From the human T2T-CHM13v2.0 reference genome, Homo sapiens, in the NCBI RefSeq assembly GCF_009914755.1, contig NC_060934.1: 64,000 nt of DNA; one strand, given 5' to 3'. Of the stretch, positions 1-13,700 are shown one piece after another; position 1 is the stretch's first letter, and each line of letters starts with the position of its first letter. A program made the position numbers and the translations under genes. The notes below the pieces were generated by a model that searched no databases, had not been told where the DNA came from, and worked only from the letters and a program-made list of their open reading frames with translations.

Positions 1-708
1 AATCCAACATTTTAAGTCTAATTCAGCAAAACCAGGTCTACAAATAGTGGCAAACATAACTTAAGAAATTATCTTTAAAATGATGGCTTTTACTACACTT
101 CGTGAATTTCTAGAAGTCCCCTGCCCATGCTATCATGGGATATTTTAATAATAATCAAATTGTTATGTAGATATGCCAAATAATTCTGTTCAGGCAGACC
201 CATTTAATTCAGCAGGAATTTGCCGATATCCTGTTCTATGCATAGTTCATTAGTGGATTATTTTAGGAGTTTGAAAAAAAACACCTGTGCTTTAAAAATT
301 TATACTATTTTAATGTCACAAATATATATGCAGAGTTCTGCTTCCACTAATGATAGAGTAGCTTATATTGGATTCAGTTTACCGAAGACTAGAATTATAA
401 ATCAGGACAAAATATTAAAACAAAAAAACCAACTATTTAAAGATACAAGACAGTGGTCAAATGCAAGCAAAAAATGAAATTTCCTTTTGAAATAAGGAGA
501 CTACAGTAGGTGAAATTTGTGTGTATGTGACTTTGTGCATATGGACACTCACAAACCAATGGGATATCTAGAACTCAATTTTAAAGCTAAAGTCTCACTA
601 CCTTTAAGAGTCAGGGGATAAATTTCAGGGCTGAAAGTTTTTCTGAAAAGTGAGGGATGAGACCATAAGGGAGGAAGCCACATCCAGTAATTCATTTATA
701 TATATAAA

Positions 709-745
709 ACATACACACACACAAACACACACACACACACACACA
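709..745. repeat. (CA)n microsatellite
   Basis: Imperfect CA dinucleotide run visible directly. Confidence 0.9.
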
Positions 746-1518
746 TCACACTACGATCACCACTGCCACATCACCAAAATTTCTTGGCTAGTCCCTGAAC
801 AGCACATGTGTGGAAAATTCCAAGGAGACTGGCAGAAAGCAGTAGGTGCAAGGCCAGAGAAACTAAGCATATCCTAGCCTCCACAGGATGTGGAGTTTGG
901 AGTTTGAGGTTAACCAAATAGCCCAATGGATCCAAAATTAATACTCCTCAGAAGATGATAAAACTCAGAGTCTCTACAATGTATCACTCTAAATATCCAT
1001 TATACAATCAAAGATTACTATCTATGTGAACAAATAGGAAAATTTTACTCATAGTCAAGAGCAATATCAAGCAAGAGAAAACAACCCTTAAATGATTCAG
1101 ATGTTGGAGTTAGCAGACAATAACTTAAAAGCACTTATTATAAATATATTCCAACATGTAAAAGAAATTATTGTGATAAAAAATGAAGAGACATGGAAAA
1201 TCAACAAAAAATTTAAAACCTAGCAAATAACCAAATCAAAAGTTTAGGACTAAAAAATACAATATCTGAAATAAAAATTTAACTGGATGAGCTAAACAAA
1301 ATTGGTGATAAAAATATTTGGATAAATCATGGCCAAGGATTCCCCACATACAGAAAAAAAATGTAAACCTTTAGATCCTTGAAGTTCAGTGGAACAAAAT
1401 GGAAATAAATTAAAAGAAAACCACATTTATGTACATCCAAGTCAAACTGGTGAAAACAAAGGATAAAAAGGAAATTTCAGGGAAGCCAGAGAACGCATTA
1501 CATAGAGGCAAAATACAT

Positions 1519-1870
1519 ACAGACAGTCTATGACTTACAATGGTTAGACTTATAATTTTCCAACTTTACAATGGTATGTGAAAGCAATACACATTCAATA
1601 AAAACTTTACTTTGAATATCCATGCAACCATCCTGTTTTTCACTTTTAATACAGTATTCAATAAATTGCATGAAATAGTCAACATTTTATTATAAAACAG
1701 GCTGTGTGTTAGATGATTTTGCCCAACTATAGACTAATATAACTGTTCTGAGCACATTTAAGGTAGGCTAGGCTAATCTATAATGTTAGGTAGGGAGGTA
1801 TATTAAATGCATTTCTGATGTGATATTTTATTGGGTTTATTGGGATGTAACTCCATTGAAATTTGACCAT
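1519..1870 (-). mobile_element. MER47A-like non-autonomous Tigger (TcMar) DNA transposon
   Basis: Internal sequence (tgtgttagatgattttgcccaact, aaggtaggctaggctaa) and terminal cagacagtc..gacttac match recalled MER47A; TA at left flank. Confidence 0.8.
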
Positions 1871-2437
1871 ATATATATGAACACTGGCTAATGTCCCATA
1901 AGAAATAATGGAATCCAAAAAGCAGTGGAAAGAAAAAATACTATCAGCATAGAAATTATTATTTTAAAATAAAGGAAAAATAAAGACAACAAAAAGTGAG
2001 AGAACTGATTTATAGCAGATTATACTAAATTAAATGCTACAGGAAGTTATTCAGCTAAAATAAATCATAATATATAGATTCCTTCAGATCTACAAGAAGG
2101 AATAAAGAGCATCAGAAATACAAATAAATGAATACATATATTATCCATTTTTTCACTGAATTTCTTTAAAAGCCCTTGCGTATTTAAAGAAAACATTGTA
2201 ACTTTTATTGTTAGGTCTACAATGTATGTACATGTAATATACATAATATTAATAGCACAAAGGATGGGGTAGGAGGTTAAATGGATCTATGCTGTCTGGA
2301 GGCTTGTGCATTTTACAAAAAAAAATGGTACAATATTAACCTACATCAACTGTGATGAGTAAAAGATACATATTATAACACCTATGGCAACCAATAAATG
2401 TAAATCCAAAGAGGTATAACTTAAAAGTTAATAGAAG

Positions 2438-3060
2438 TATCAGGGTTTAAATTTTGTCCCTCTAAAAGTTATATATATCTAAGTTCTAATCCCCAGTACT
2501 TCAAAATGTGAGTTTATTTGGAGATATGGTTTTTACAGAGGTAATCAAGTTAAAATGAGGTAATTTGGGTAGCTCCTAATTTAATAGGATTTGTGTCCTT
2601 TTAAATGGTAAAATTTGGAGACAGACACACACACACAGGGAGAAAGCCAGGTGAATAAGGAGATGGCCTTCTATAAGCCAAGGAAGAGAGGCTGGAACAA
2701 ATTCCTCTCTCATGGTCCTCAGAAGGAACCAACTATGCCAACACCTTGATTTTAGGCTTCTACTCTTACAAGCTTGTCCAACCTGCCTTATTTTGTTGTT
2801 GTTGTTTTGTTTTGTTTTGTTTTGTTTTGTTTTAGGCTTTTAGCAGCCTAAAGCCATGGTTTTTCGTTTCTGTCTCTGGTGATTAGTGGAAAAGAGGCAT
2901 GAGGAAGGGGTTTTACTAGCCCAACCAGAGACAGAAACTAAGAACCCACAACTGTATTCTCTCCCTTGGACACCCCTGCACACTGAGACAAAGACATTTC
3001 TTTTGTTTAAACTATGTATAGTGTAGTACTTTGTTACAGTAGAGATAGCAAATTAATACA
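2438..3060 (+). mobile_element. MLT1B-like MaLR solo LTR, interrupted by MER107
   Basis: ctcagaaggaaccaac..ccaacaccttgatttt core and aattaataca 3' end; degenerate 5-bp TSD agaag/agagg. Confidence 0.8.
2769..2978 (-). mobile_element. MER107-like hAT-Charlie MITE (MER30-type termini)
   Basis: Termini caagcttgtccaa ... ttggacacccctg form imperfect TIRs; internal (gtttt)n tract. Confidence 0.8.
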
Positions 3061-3884
3061 AGAGGATTTAAAATAAAATTTTAACAAATATTTGATTAAA
3101 AGAAAAGGAAGTAGAAAAAGAGGAACAGGAACAACCAAAAGAGAAAAAAAAACAGGAAGGATAATGGAGAAAAAAATAATAAAAGGTTAAACATAAACCC
3201 AATCACGTCAATTAAATGTAAATAAATGAAATACCTTATGTAAAAAACAGAATGTCAGACTGAATTTAAGAAAGCAAGATCTAAATATATGCTATTTGCA
3301 AGAAATGCACATTAAACATAAAAACACAGCAAGATAGTCAGTAGAAGGATAGTGAAAGGCATTCCATGAAAGGACTAAGCATAAGAAAGGTGAATCAATG
3401 TGTTAATAAATATTACTGTATATGTTATATTAGCATCAAATTATCTTTTTAAATATTCATGTAATATAAATTTTTTATGATGAGGAAATTTACCAGAAAT
3501 AACAAAGGACATTTTACAATTCTAAAAGTCTCTATTAGGAAGATGAAACAATCATAAATGTGTATTATCTAATAACAGTTTCAAAATACATGAAGTGAAA
3601 GTCTAACAGAACTAAAGGGAGTAAACAGCAGACCCACAAATTAGGTAGAAATTTTAATAGCCCTCTCAAAATAATTAAAAGAATAACTAGATAAAATTCA
3701 TCAGTAGACTATAAAATAGCTAAACAACAACATCAACTGCTTTGATCCAATTGACATTTAGGGAAAAATATATACTGCAAAATGCACATACTTTAATGCC
3801 CATAGATAGTCATCAAGGTACACTATATGCTGTGTCATAAAACAGATCTGAATAAATTGCTAAGGACTGAAATTTTACAAAGCA

Positions 3885-3950
3885 TGTTCAGTAGGGAAGC
3901 ATATTTAATGCATTTCTGACTTATGATATTTTACTGGGTTTACTGGAATA
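3885..3950 (-). repeat. ~60-bp copy of the MER47 segment at 1785-1850, at an L1/MST-int junction
   Basis: gtagggaagcatatttaatgcatttctgacttatgatattttactgggtttactgg aligns with gtagggaggtatattaaatgcatttctgatgtgatattttattgggtttattgg. Confidence 0.75.
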
Positions 3951-3951
3951 A

Positions 3952-5094
3952 ATGGCTCTACTATTCTGGGGTCTGGAAGGTGATGGCACTCTTCCCACAG
4001 CTCCACTGGGCAGTGCCCCAGTGGAGACTCTTTGTGGGGGCTCCAACCCCATATTTCTCCTTGGCACTTCTGCAGTAGAATGTCTTTGCAGTGGCACCAA
4101 ACCTACAGCAGGCTTCTTCCTGGGCACCCAGCCTTTCCCATACATACTCTGAATTCTAGGTGGAAACTGCCAAGCCTCCTTTAACTCTTGCATTCTGAAG
4201 GCCTGAAGAATTAACACCACATGAAAACCACCACAGCGTAGGGCTTGTGCCCTCCAGAGTAGCAGCCTGAACTGTATCTGGGTCCCTTTGAGTCATGGCT
4301 GGAGCTCAAGCAGCAAGGGATGCAGGGAGCAGTGTGCAAGCCTGCACAGAGCAACAGGGTCCAGAGCCTGGTCCCTGACACCATTCTTTGCTCCTAGACC
4401 TCTGGGCCTGTGATGGAAAGGGCTGCCTCAAAGATCTCTGAAATGCCTTCAAGACCTTTTTCCCATTGTCTTGGCTATTAGCACTTGGCTCCCTTTTAGT
4501 CATATAAATCTTTCTAGCAAGCGGTTGCTTCCTACCCACTTCAATTCCTCTCCTTAGAATGCTCTTGCCTTCTCTACCACATGGCCAAGCTGCAAAATTT
4601 CCAAACTTTTATTCTCTGCTTCCCTTTTAAATATAAGATTCAATTTTAAGTCATTCCTTTGCTCTCATATCTGAGTGTGGACAGTTACAAGCAGCTATGC
4701 CACACCTTGAACATTTTGCTGCTAAGAAATTTCTTCTGCCAGATACTCTAGGTTATAATTCATAAGCTAAAGCTTCCACAAATCCCTAAGACATGGACAC
4801 AATGCAGCTAAGTTCTTTCCTGGGGTGTAACGTGGGTGATCTTCACTCCAGGTCTCAATAACTTCCTCATTTCCATCTGAGGCTTCATCAGCCTGGCCTT
4901 CACTGTTCATATTTATATCAGCGTTTTGGTGATAATTACTTGACAAGTCTCTAAGAAGTTCCAAACTTCCCCCCATCTTCCTGTCTTCTGAGCCCTCCAA
5001 ACTCTTCCTACTTCTGCCTGTTGCCCAGTTCCAAAGCTGCTTCCACATTATCAGGCATCTTCATGGCAAAACCCCACTCTCAATACCAATTTTC
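3952..5094 (-). mobile_element. MST-int (MaLR internal sequence), 3'-truncated
   Basis: Typical THE1/MST-int sequence (acagctccactgggcagtgccccagtggagactc); ORFs 3921-4220, 4306-4539 and 4767-5048 are MaLR-int remnants; abuts the LTR via ccccactctcaataccaattttc. Confidence 0.85.
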
Positions 5095-5513
5095 TGTCTT
5101 CATCCTGTTTGCATTGCTATAAAGGAAAACCTGAGACTGTGTAATTTATTATCAAAAAGAGGTTTATGCAGCTTATGGTTCCACAGAATGTGCAAACATG
5201 GCACCCATGTCTGCTCAGCTTCTGATAAGGTCTCAGGAAGCTTACAATCATGATGGAAGGTGAAAAGGGAGCAAGTATGTCACACTTCATAAAAGAGCAA
5301 GAGAGAAGGGGGAGATCCCAGATAATTTTAAACAACCAGATCTTGCGTGAACTCATCGATGAGAACTCTCTCATTACCATGAGGACAGCACCAAGTGATT
5401 CATGAGGAATCCACCCCCATGACCCAAACACCTTCCACAAAGCCCTACCCGCAACATTGGTGATCACATTTCAACATGAGTTTTGGAGGGGACAAAACGT
5501 TTAAACTATATCA
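5095..5513 (-). mobile_element. MSTA/MSTB-type 5' LTR
   Basis: gcattgctataaaggaa..ctgagact, aggaagcttacaatcatg..ggaagg and catttcaacatgag motifs; TG...CA ends. Confidence 0.85.
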
Positions 5514-6768
5514 CAACCTTAACAAAATTTTAAGAAATTAAAACCAGCTATTTGTAAATAATTATCATTATAACCAAATGAAATTTACCTGAAACTATAT
5601 CATTGATTTAAAATCTAAAATCAATCATTACATTCACCACATTATCAGAATAAGTAAAAAACAAAAACAAAATACAAAAAAGACTGTAACTATCAAAAAA
5701 TCAAAAATATTTAAAAATTGATCATTTTTGGTGTCATTTGATTGAATCATTTGATACGATTCAATACTCATTGAGTTAAGAACTCTCAGCAACCTAGAAA
5801 CAGAAGAGAACTTCCTCATTCTATAAAAGGCATCTGAGAAAAATCTACAGAGGACATCATACTTAATGATGAAACATTTAGTGACTTCTTACTGGGATCA
5901 AGAACAGATGTTTACTATTACTTCTGCTATTCAACATTGCACTGTGTAATCTAACTAGTGCAATAGTGCAAAACATAGATCAAAGAAACAAATATTGAAA
6001 AGATAGGAGTGAAATTATGTTTATTCACAGATAATATTGTTGTCTATATGGAAAATTCTTAGTAATCTAGGAAGCAACTATTGTAACTAATATTTGAATT
6101 TAGCAAGGTTTCAGGACACAAAATCATTAAACTAAAGAATTGCATTTCTATATTCTACCATTAAAAATTGCAAATAACACTTAAAAGACTATTACACTTA
6201 AAATAACATAAAAAATATTTTATTGTTCTTAGAAATAAATTCCACTAAAAGTGTGCAATACCTCTATACCAAAAACCACATAACATTGCTGAAAAACATT
6301 TTTAAAGACCTAAACAAACAGAATTGCAGCATGTTCATGAATCAGAATAGTCAATATTTCTAAGGTGTCAATTATTTCCCAAATCTATAAATTCAATGCA
6401 ATCCCATAATCAAAGGTAGTAACTTTCTAGAAATTGTCAAACTGACACTATTATTTACATGAAAATTCAAAGGACATAGAATAGCCCAAATATTCTTGGA
6501 AAAAAAGAACAAAACTGATGGACTTTCATCATCTCACTTCAAGTCTTGGCATAAAGCTTCAATAATAAAGATAGTGAAATATTGGCTTAATGACAGTCAA
6601 ATATGTCAGTGGAATAGAGTCCAGAAACAGACCAATTCTTATATGGTCAATTAATTTTCCAAAAAATGACCAAAGTTATTTAATAGCGAAAAGGGAGTCT
6701 TTCTTTAAAAATGGTGCTACAGCAACTGAATATTCACATGAAAAAAATAAAAATAAACCATGAACTCT

Positions 6769-7196
6769 TCTGTTAGTCTGTTTAGTGTTACTATAAGGGA
6801 ATACATGAGACTGGATAATTTATAAAGAAAATAGGTTTATTTGGCTCACAGTTCTACAGGCTGTATGAGAAATAAAATGCCAGCATCTGTTTCCGAGGAG
6901 GGCCTCAGGCTGCTTCCTCTCATGATGGAAGGCAAAGGGGTAACAACATGTACAGAGATCACATGGTAAGAGAGGAGCAAGAGAGCAAGTGGAGAGACGC
7001 CAGACTGTTTTTAACAACCAGTTCTTGTGGGAATTAATAGAGTGAGAAACCACTCACCCCCTTAAGGAAAGGCATTAATCTATTGATAAGCAATCTACGC
7101 TTACAACCCAAATGCCTCTCATTAGGCCCCATTTCCAACATTGGAGCTCAAATTTCAATCTGAGATATGGAGAGGACAAATATCCAAACTATAACA
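6769..7196 (-). mobile_element. MSTB/MSTB1-type solo LTR
   Basis: MST LTR motifs; perfect 5-bp TSD ACTCT at 6764-6768 and 7197-7201. Confidence 0.88.
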
Positions 7197-8251
7197 ACTC
7201 TATACCATAAACAAAAATTGTTTTTGAGATGAGCCATAAACCTAAATGTAAATGTTGAAAGTATAAAGTCTCTAGAATAAAACATAGAACATTATTTTTG
7301 TGGCCTGGAGTTAGACAAACATTTCTTAAATACAATACAAAAAGCAATAACCATAAAAGACAAACATGAATACACTAGATTCATCAAAATTTAAAGTATC
7401 TGCTCATCAAAAGATCATTAAGAAAAAGAATAGGTAAGCTTCATACTGGTAGAAAATGTTTGCAATACAATATTTTTGACAAGGGTTTTATTTTCATAAC
7501 ATGTAAATAACTCCTACAATTCAATAGCCAGAAGACAAACAACTCTATAAAAATGAGAAAAACTTGAACAGAAAACAACCTCCCAAGGAAAAGCATAGAA
7601 ATGGTCACAAGCCCATGAATAAAGCATTCAATATAATTAGCTCTCAGAAAAATGCAAGTTAAAACCATCAGAAGATGCCAGTACACACTCACTAAAAAAG
7701 CAAAAATACTCACAAGTCAATCACTGGGGGACCTGGAGCAATCAGAACTCTCATACACTACACTGAAACTGTAAAATAGTACAACCACCTTGAAAAACAG
7801 TTTGTTTCTTATTAAGTCAAACATACACCCACCCTATGATCCAGCATTTTCACACCTAGGTATTCTCCCAAAAAGAATGAAAACAAATGTCCACAAATAA
7901 CTTGTTCAAGAATGTTCATAGTATATCTATTCATAATAGCAAAAAACTTGTAAGCAACCCAGATGTCCATCAACAGGAGAATTAATAAATAAGTTGTGGT
8001 ATATTCATAAAAGGAGTCCTACTCAGCAATAAAAAGAAATCTATTACTGATACATACAACAGCATGGAGTTATGTCGAGCAAAAAGTCAGGCATTAAAGA
8101 GTACACATACTATGTGAGTCTATTAGAAATTCTAAAACAAACAAGACTAATCTATAGTGGAAAATTCATAAAAGTGTGGCCTTTGGGTGAAGAGGTCATT
8201 GACTGAGAAAGAATTTTCTAGGTTGACAAAAATGTTCTGTATCTTGATGGG

Positions 8252-8626
8252 TATTATGATCTGAATGTTGCTGTGCCCCACTCCCAAATTTATATGTTGA
8301 AATTTATTCCCCAATGCATTAATATTAGGATGGTAGGGCTTTGGGAGGTGACTAGGTCATGAGAGAAGAGCACTCATCAATGGATTATGCTCTTATAAAA
8401 GAGATTAAAGAGGGAGAGTCCTAGCCTCTTGGGACCTTTCGGCCATGTGAGAACACAGCAAGAGGTGCCATCTATGAAGCACAGTGAGCTTTCACCAGAC
8501 ATCAGTTCCACTGGTGCCTTGATCTTGGACTTCCCCACCTCCAGAACTGTGAGAAATAAATTCCTATTATTTATAAGTCACTCAGTCTAAGGTATTTTGT
8601 TATAGCAGCCTGAATGGACTAAGACA
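8252..8626 (+). mobile_element. MLT1A/MSTD-like MaLR solo LTR
   Basis: ccttgatcttggacttcc..ctccagaactgtgagaaataaa and gactaagaca end; degenerate TSD atggg/atagg. Confidence 0.8.
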
Positions 8627-10730
8627 ATAGGGATGGTGGTTACACTGGTGTATGTATCTGGAAAAACATTGAATGGTACATTTAAGATTTGTGTATTTTA
8701 ATATATATAAATTTTAAATTAAACTGAAAACAAAAGCAATATTGGAAATAAAAGACAGCTTCATAGAGAAAAAGATGTAGACACATGCCACAGACATAAA
8801 AACAGAAACTATCAATACAAGAAGGAATACAAAAAAGAATTCTACATATAATTTAATAAAAATCCATCTGAAAATTAAGGTAAGGAATTGGATTTTGATA
8901 CATAAGTTCCTAAAGATAAGTTTGAATATCATTTATGACAAAAGACCTCATACCATTTTTATTAGAGATATATGGGTATTTTCATTGTATATTGTATTGG
9001 AACAAATTCTAGGTATTCACATATGTATAGTCATTGCACTAAGATATTCAATAAAACGATTTATTCCAATTATATCTCGCTAATTTGCCAGCAAAAATGA
9101 CTAATTTTTCAACCTGGTGCTTCCTAAGAGAGATCTAACTTGGCTGTAAATTTTTTAAATTTATTTTATTATTCTGTTGGCTGCTCCTGGACTTCACTGT
9201 GAAAGGTATTTGCTTGCAAACATATTAAAGTATGAAAAATATCCAGAGACAGTAACCTAATATATTGTCACACATTTACCTATTATCTCAAGAAATAGCA
9301 TCTGCTTCAATTATGCTAATAAAATGATTCTGTGGATTCTGTATGCTATTTTCTGCTTATTGAAAATAAAAACATAGCAAACTATGTTAATTTCAAACAA
9401 ACTTGCACCCAATGTCTTTCATTTTTGAAAAGAGCAGCTAGCTACTTTGTTCAATGATACAGGCAGTATCTTTCTCACTTGCTCTCACCGTTCTTCTAAT
9501 GATTTCAGGGCTAAGGAAAATGTTTAGAATACTACCCAGAAAATAGCCATAAGGATATTATTACACATAGTGCATCTTGAATTGGTAAAATAACCAAAAG
9601 TTTTTCTACTTTATTAATAGAATTACCCACTTCTACATGACCAAACTTCTGCTTGACCTTGTTTTACACAGTCGTCTAATATACTATTTTCTTCACTTAT
9701 ATCTCCCAGACATCAGCAAAGACATCTGCAAAGGCTTGAAGCCATTCTCCTTTGCCTTAGGAAATAGGTCCGAAATGATTCAATGTGCCAGCCTGCTCTC
9801 AATGCTACAGTTATAGATGGGTCTTTTCTGTGAGCCATGCCAAGCATAAATCCAAAATCACAGGTATCACCATAGATTTTACATTACTTATACTGACTTT
9901 CTAGTGGCCATTAGGAATACCATAAAAACTAATATGCCTAAGTGGGTTTAATCTCTCAGGAAAAGCTTCTCTGCATTTTCCTGCAACAAGGCTTTCAGGC
10001 CACTTTGAGTTTAATTCAATTTAATTACTGAGTCTCCAGCTCCACAGAGATTCCTGGCTGACCCCAATAAACAGATTTTCTCAGGTTGCCTCACACCCAA
10101 GCCCTGTAGTCTCTTTGCTCACAGTTACATAAAAATTGTGTTGTTGTATAAAATCATCAATCAACCCTGAGCAAAACAAATAAATTAGAGGAGCATTCCT
10201 GGGACTGGAAAAGAATAGTGAGCCTTAGAGAGAAGAGAATTGGTTGAGTCTATTCCTGCCTCAGATTTAAACTAAAATCCATTACATCACCAGAGGTTCA
10301 TTCCATTTTGGTGCCTGCCTACCTGTGCATATTACTGCACAGTAATATCTTTATAATTTTTTTAACACTAAATTTCAGCCAAGTTGAACATCTTTGGCTT
10401 CTTCTAGAATATGGTGTACTTTCTTGAATCTGTGCCTTTGTTCACACTACTCTCTCTTACAACCATTTCTCCCCACATATATCCACACACTTACCTTCCC
10501 CCATTTTGCTGAAACATTTCCTACCTACACCACATGTCTCACATTAGTTGCATTTTTTTATAATTTTTATTTTTTGTAGATACCATACATTTATGAGGTA
10601 CCTGAGATGTTTTGATACAGGCATATAATGCATAATAATCACATCAGGGTGAATGGGGTATCCATCACTTCAAGCAGTTATCCTTTCTTAGTGTTACAAA
10701 CAATTCAATTATACTCATTTAGTTATTTTA

Positions 10731-13700
10731 TTTTTTTTAATTTTTGTAATTTAATTTTTAAGTTGATGGGTGCATGCGCAGGTTTGTTACAGATAAACTT
10801 GTGTCATAGGGGTTTGCTGTACAGATTATTTCATCACCTAGGTATTAAGCCTAATACCCATTAATTATTTTTCCTGATCCTTTCCCTCCTCCCAGTCACT
10901 ACCCTTTGATTGGGCTCAGTGTCTGTTGTTCCTCTCTATGTGTCCATGTGTTCTCATCATTTAGCTCCCACTTATAATTGAGAACATGTAGTATTTAGGT
11001 TTCTGTTCCTGCATCAGTTGGCTAAGGATAATGGCCTCCAACTCCATCCATGTTCCTACAAAGGACATGATCTCATTCTTTTTTATGGCTGCATAGTAGT
11101 CTATGGTGTATGTGTACCACATTGTCTTTATCCAGTCTACCATTGACAGGTTTTTAGGTTGATTCCATAACTTTGCTATTATGAATAGTGCTGTAATTAA
11201 CATATGTGTGCATGTCTCTATGATAGAATGACTTATATTCCTTTAGGTATATAACCAGTAATGGGATTGCTGGGTCAAATGATATTTCTGTTTTTAGGTC
11301 TTTGAGGAATCACCACACTGTTTTCCACAATGGCTTAACTAATTTACACTCCCACCAACAGAGTGTAAGTGTTCCTTTTTCTCCACAACTTCACCAGCAT
11401 CTGTTATTTTTTTACTTTCAATAGCCATTCTGACTGGTGTAACATGATATCTCATTGTGGTTTTCATTTACATTTCTCTAATAATCAGTGATATTGAGCT
11501 TTATTTTATATGTCTGTTGGTCATATGTATGTCTTCTTTTGAAGTGTCTGTTCACGTCCTTTACCCACTTTTGTAATGAGCTTGTTTTTTTCTTGTAAAT
11601 TTGTTTAAGTTCCTTACAGATGCCAGATATTATACCTTTATCAAATGCATAGTTTGCAAAAATGTGCCCCCATTCTGTAGGCTGTCAGTCTACTTTGCTG
11701 ATAGCTTCTTTTGCTGTGCAGAAGTTCTTTAGTTTAATTAGATCCCATTTGTCAATTTTTGCTTTTGTTGCAAATATTTTGATGTCTTTTATCGTGAAAT
11801 CTTTGCCCATTTCTGTGTTCAGAATAGTATTTCCTAAGTTGTCTTCTGGGGTTTTTATACTTTTGGATGTTACATTTAAGTCTCTAATCCATCTTGAGTC
11901 AATTTTTGTATATGGTGTAAGGAAGGGGTCCAGTTTCAATCTGCATATGGCTAGCCAGTTATCTCAGCACCATTTATTGAATAGGGAGTCCTTTCCCCAT
12001 TGCTTGTTTTTGTCAGCTTTGTCAAAGATCAGATAGTTGTGGATGTGCAGCATTATTTCTGGGCTCTCTATTCTGTTTTGTTGGTCTATATGTCTGTTTT
12101 TGTTCCAGTACCATGCTGTTTTGTTTACTGTAGCCCTGTAGTATAGCTTGAAGTGGGGTAGTGTGATGCCTATAGCTTCGTTCTTTTTACTTAAGACTGC
12201 CTTGACTATTTGGGCTCTTTTTTGGTTTCACATGAATTTTAAAACAGTTTTCTCTAGTTATTGGTACTTCATTAGGAAGAGTATTGAATCTATAAATTGC
12301 TTTTGGCAGTGTGGCCATTTTAATGGTACTGATTCTTCCTATCCATAAGCCTGGAATGTTTTTGCATTTGTTTGTGTCTTCTCTGATTTCTTTGAGTAGT
12401 GTTTTTCAGTTCTCCTTGTAGAGATATTTCACCTCCGTGGTGAGCTGCATTTCTAAGTGTTTCACTCTTTTGAATGGTGATTGTGAATGGGATTGAATTT
12501 CTGATTTGGCTCTTGGCTTGACTGTTTTTGGTGTATAGGAATGCTAGTAATTTTTGTGTGTTGATTTTTTATCAACTTTGCTGAAGTTATTTATCAACCT
12601 AAGGAGCTTTTGGGCCCAGACTAAAAAGTTTTCTAGATATATCTGCAAACAGGGATAGTTTGATTTCTGCTCTTCCTATTTGAATACTCTTTATTTCTTT
12701 CTCTTGCCTGATTGCTCTAGCCAGAACTTTCAGTACTATATTGAATAGAAGGAGTAAGAGAGGGCATCCTTGTTTTGTGCCAATTTTCAAGGGGGAATGC
12801 TTTCAGATTTTGTTCATTCAGTATGATGTTGGTTGTGGGTTTGTTATAGATGGCGCTTATCATTTTGAGGTGTGTTCCTTCAATGACTAGTTTATTAAGA
12901 GTTTTTAACATGAAAGGGTGTTAAATTTTATCAAAAGACTTTTCTGCATCTATTGAGATAATCATGTGTTTTTTGTCTTTAGTTCTGTTTATGTGATGAA
13001 TCACATTTGTTGATTTGCATATGTTGAACCAATGTTACATCCCAGGGATAAAGCCTATGTGATCGTGGTGGATAAGGTTTTTGATTTGCTGCTGGATTTG
13101 ATTTGCCAGTATTTTGTTGAGGATTTTTGCATTGATGTTCATCAAGGGTATAGGTCTGAAGTTTTGTGGGGATTTCTTGCTGTGTCTCTGCCAAGTTTTG
13201 GTATCAGGATGATGCTGGTCTCATAGGAAGAGTTATAGAGGAGTCCTCCTCCTCAATTTTTTGGAAAGTTTCAGCAGGAATGGTACCAGCTCCTCTTCGT
13301 CTATGTGATCCTGAGCTTTTTTCGTTTGGTAGGCTATATATTTGGTAGGCTGATTCAATTTTGAAGCTCATTATTACTATGTTCAGGGATTCAGCTTCTT
13401 CTTGGCTCAGCCTTGGGACAGTGTAAGTGTCCAGGAATTTATTCCTTTCTTCTAGATTTTCTAGTTTATGTGCATATGGGTATTCATAATATTCCCTGAT
13501 GATTATTTGTATTTCTGTTGGGTCAGTGGTAATATCCCCTTTGTAATTTCCAATAATGTTTATTTGGTTTTTCTCTTTTTTCTCATTAGTCTATCTTAAC
13601 AGTCTATTTTATTAATTTTCTCAAAAACAAACTTCTGAAATTGTTGACCTTTTGAATGGTTTTTCATGTCTCAATCTCCTTCTCAGCTCTAATTTTAGTT

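Larger units (their letters stand above)
880..8725 (+). mobile_element. Old mammalian L1 (L1MD/L1ME-like), fragmented by nested insertions
   Basis: A-rich ORF1-like segment (~1090 atgattcagatgttggagttagcagac), EN-like region (~3200-3890), RT/C-terminal region (~5520-7700) and L1M-type 3' end (~8630-8725) in colinear order; no intact ORF. Confidence 0.8.
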
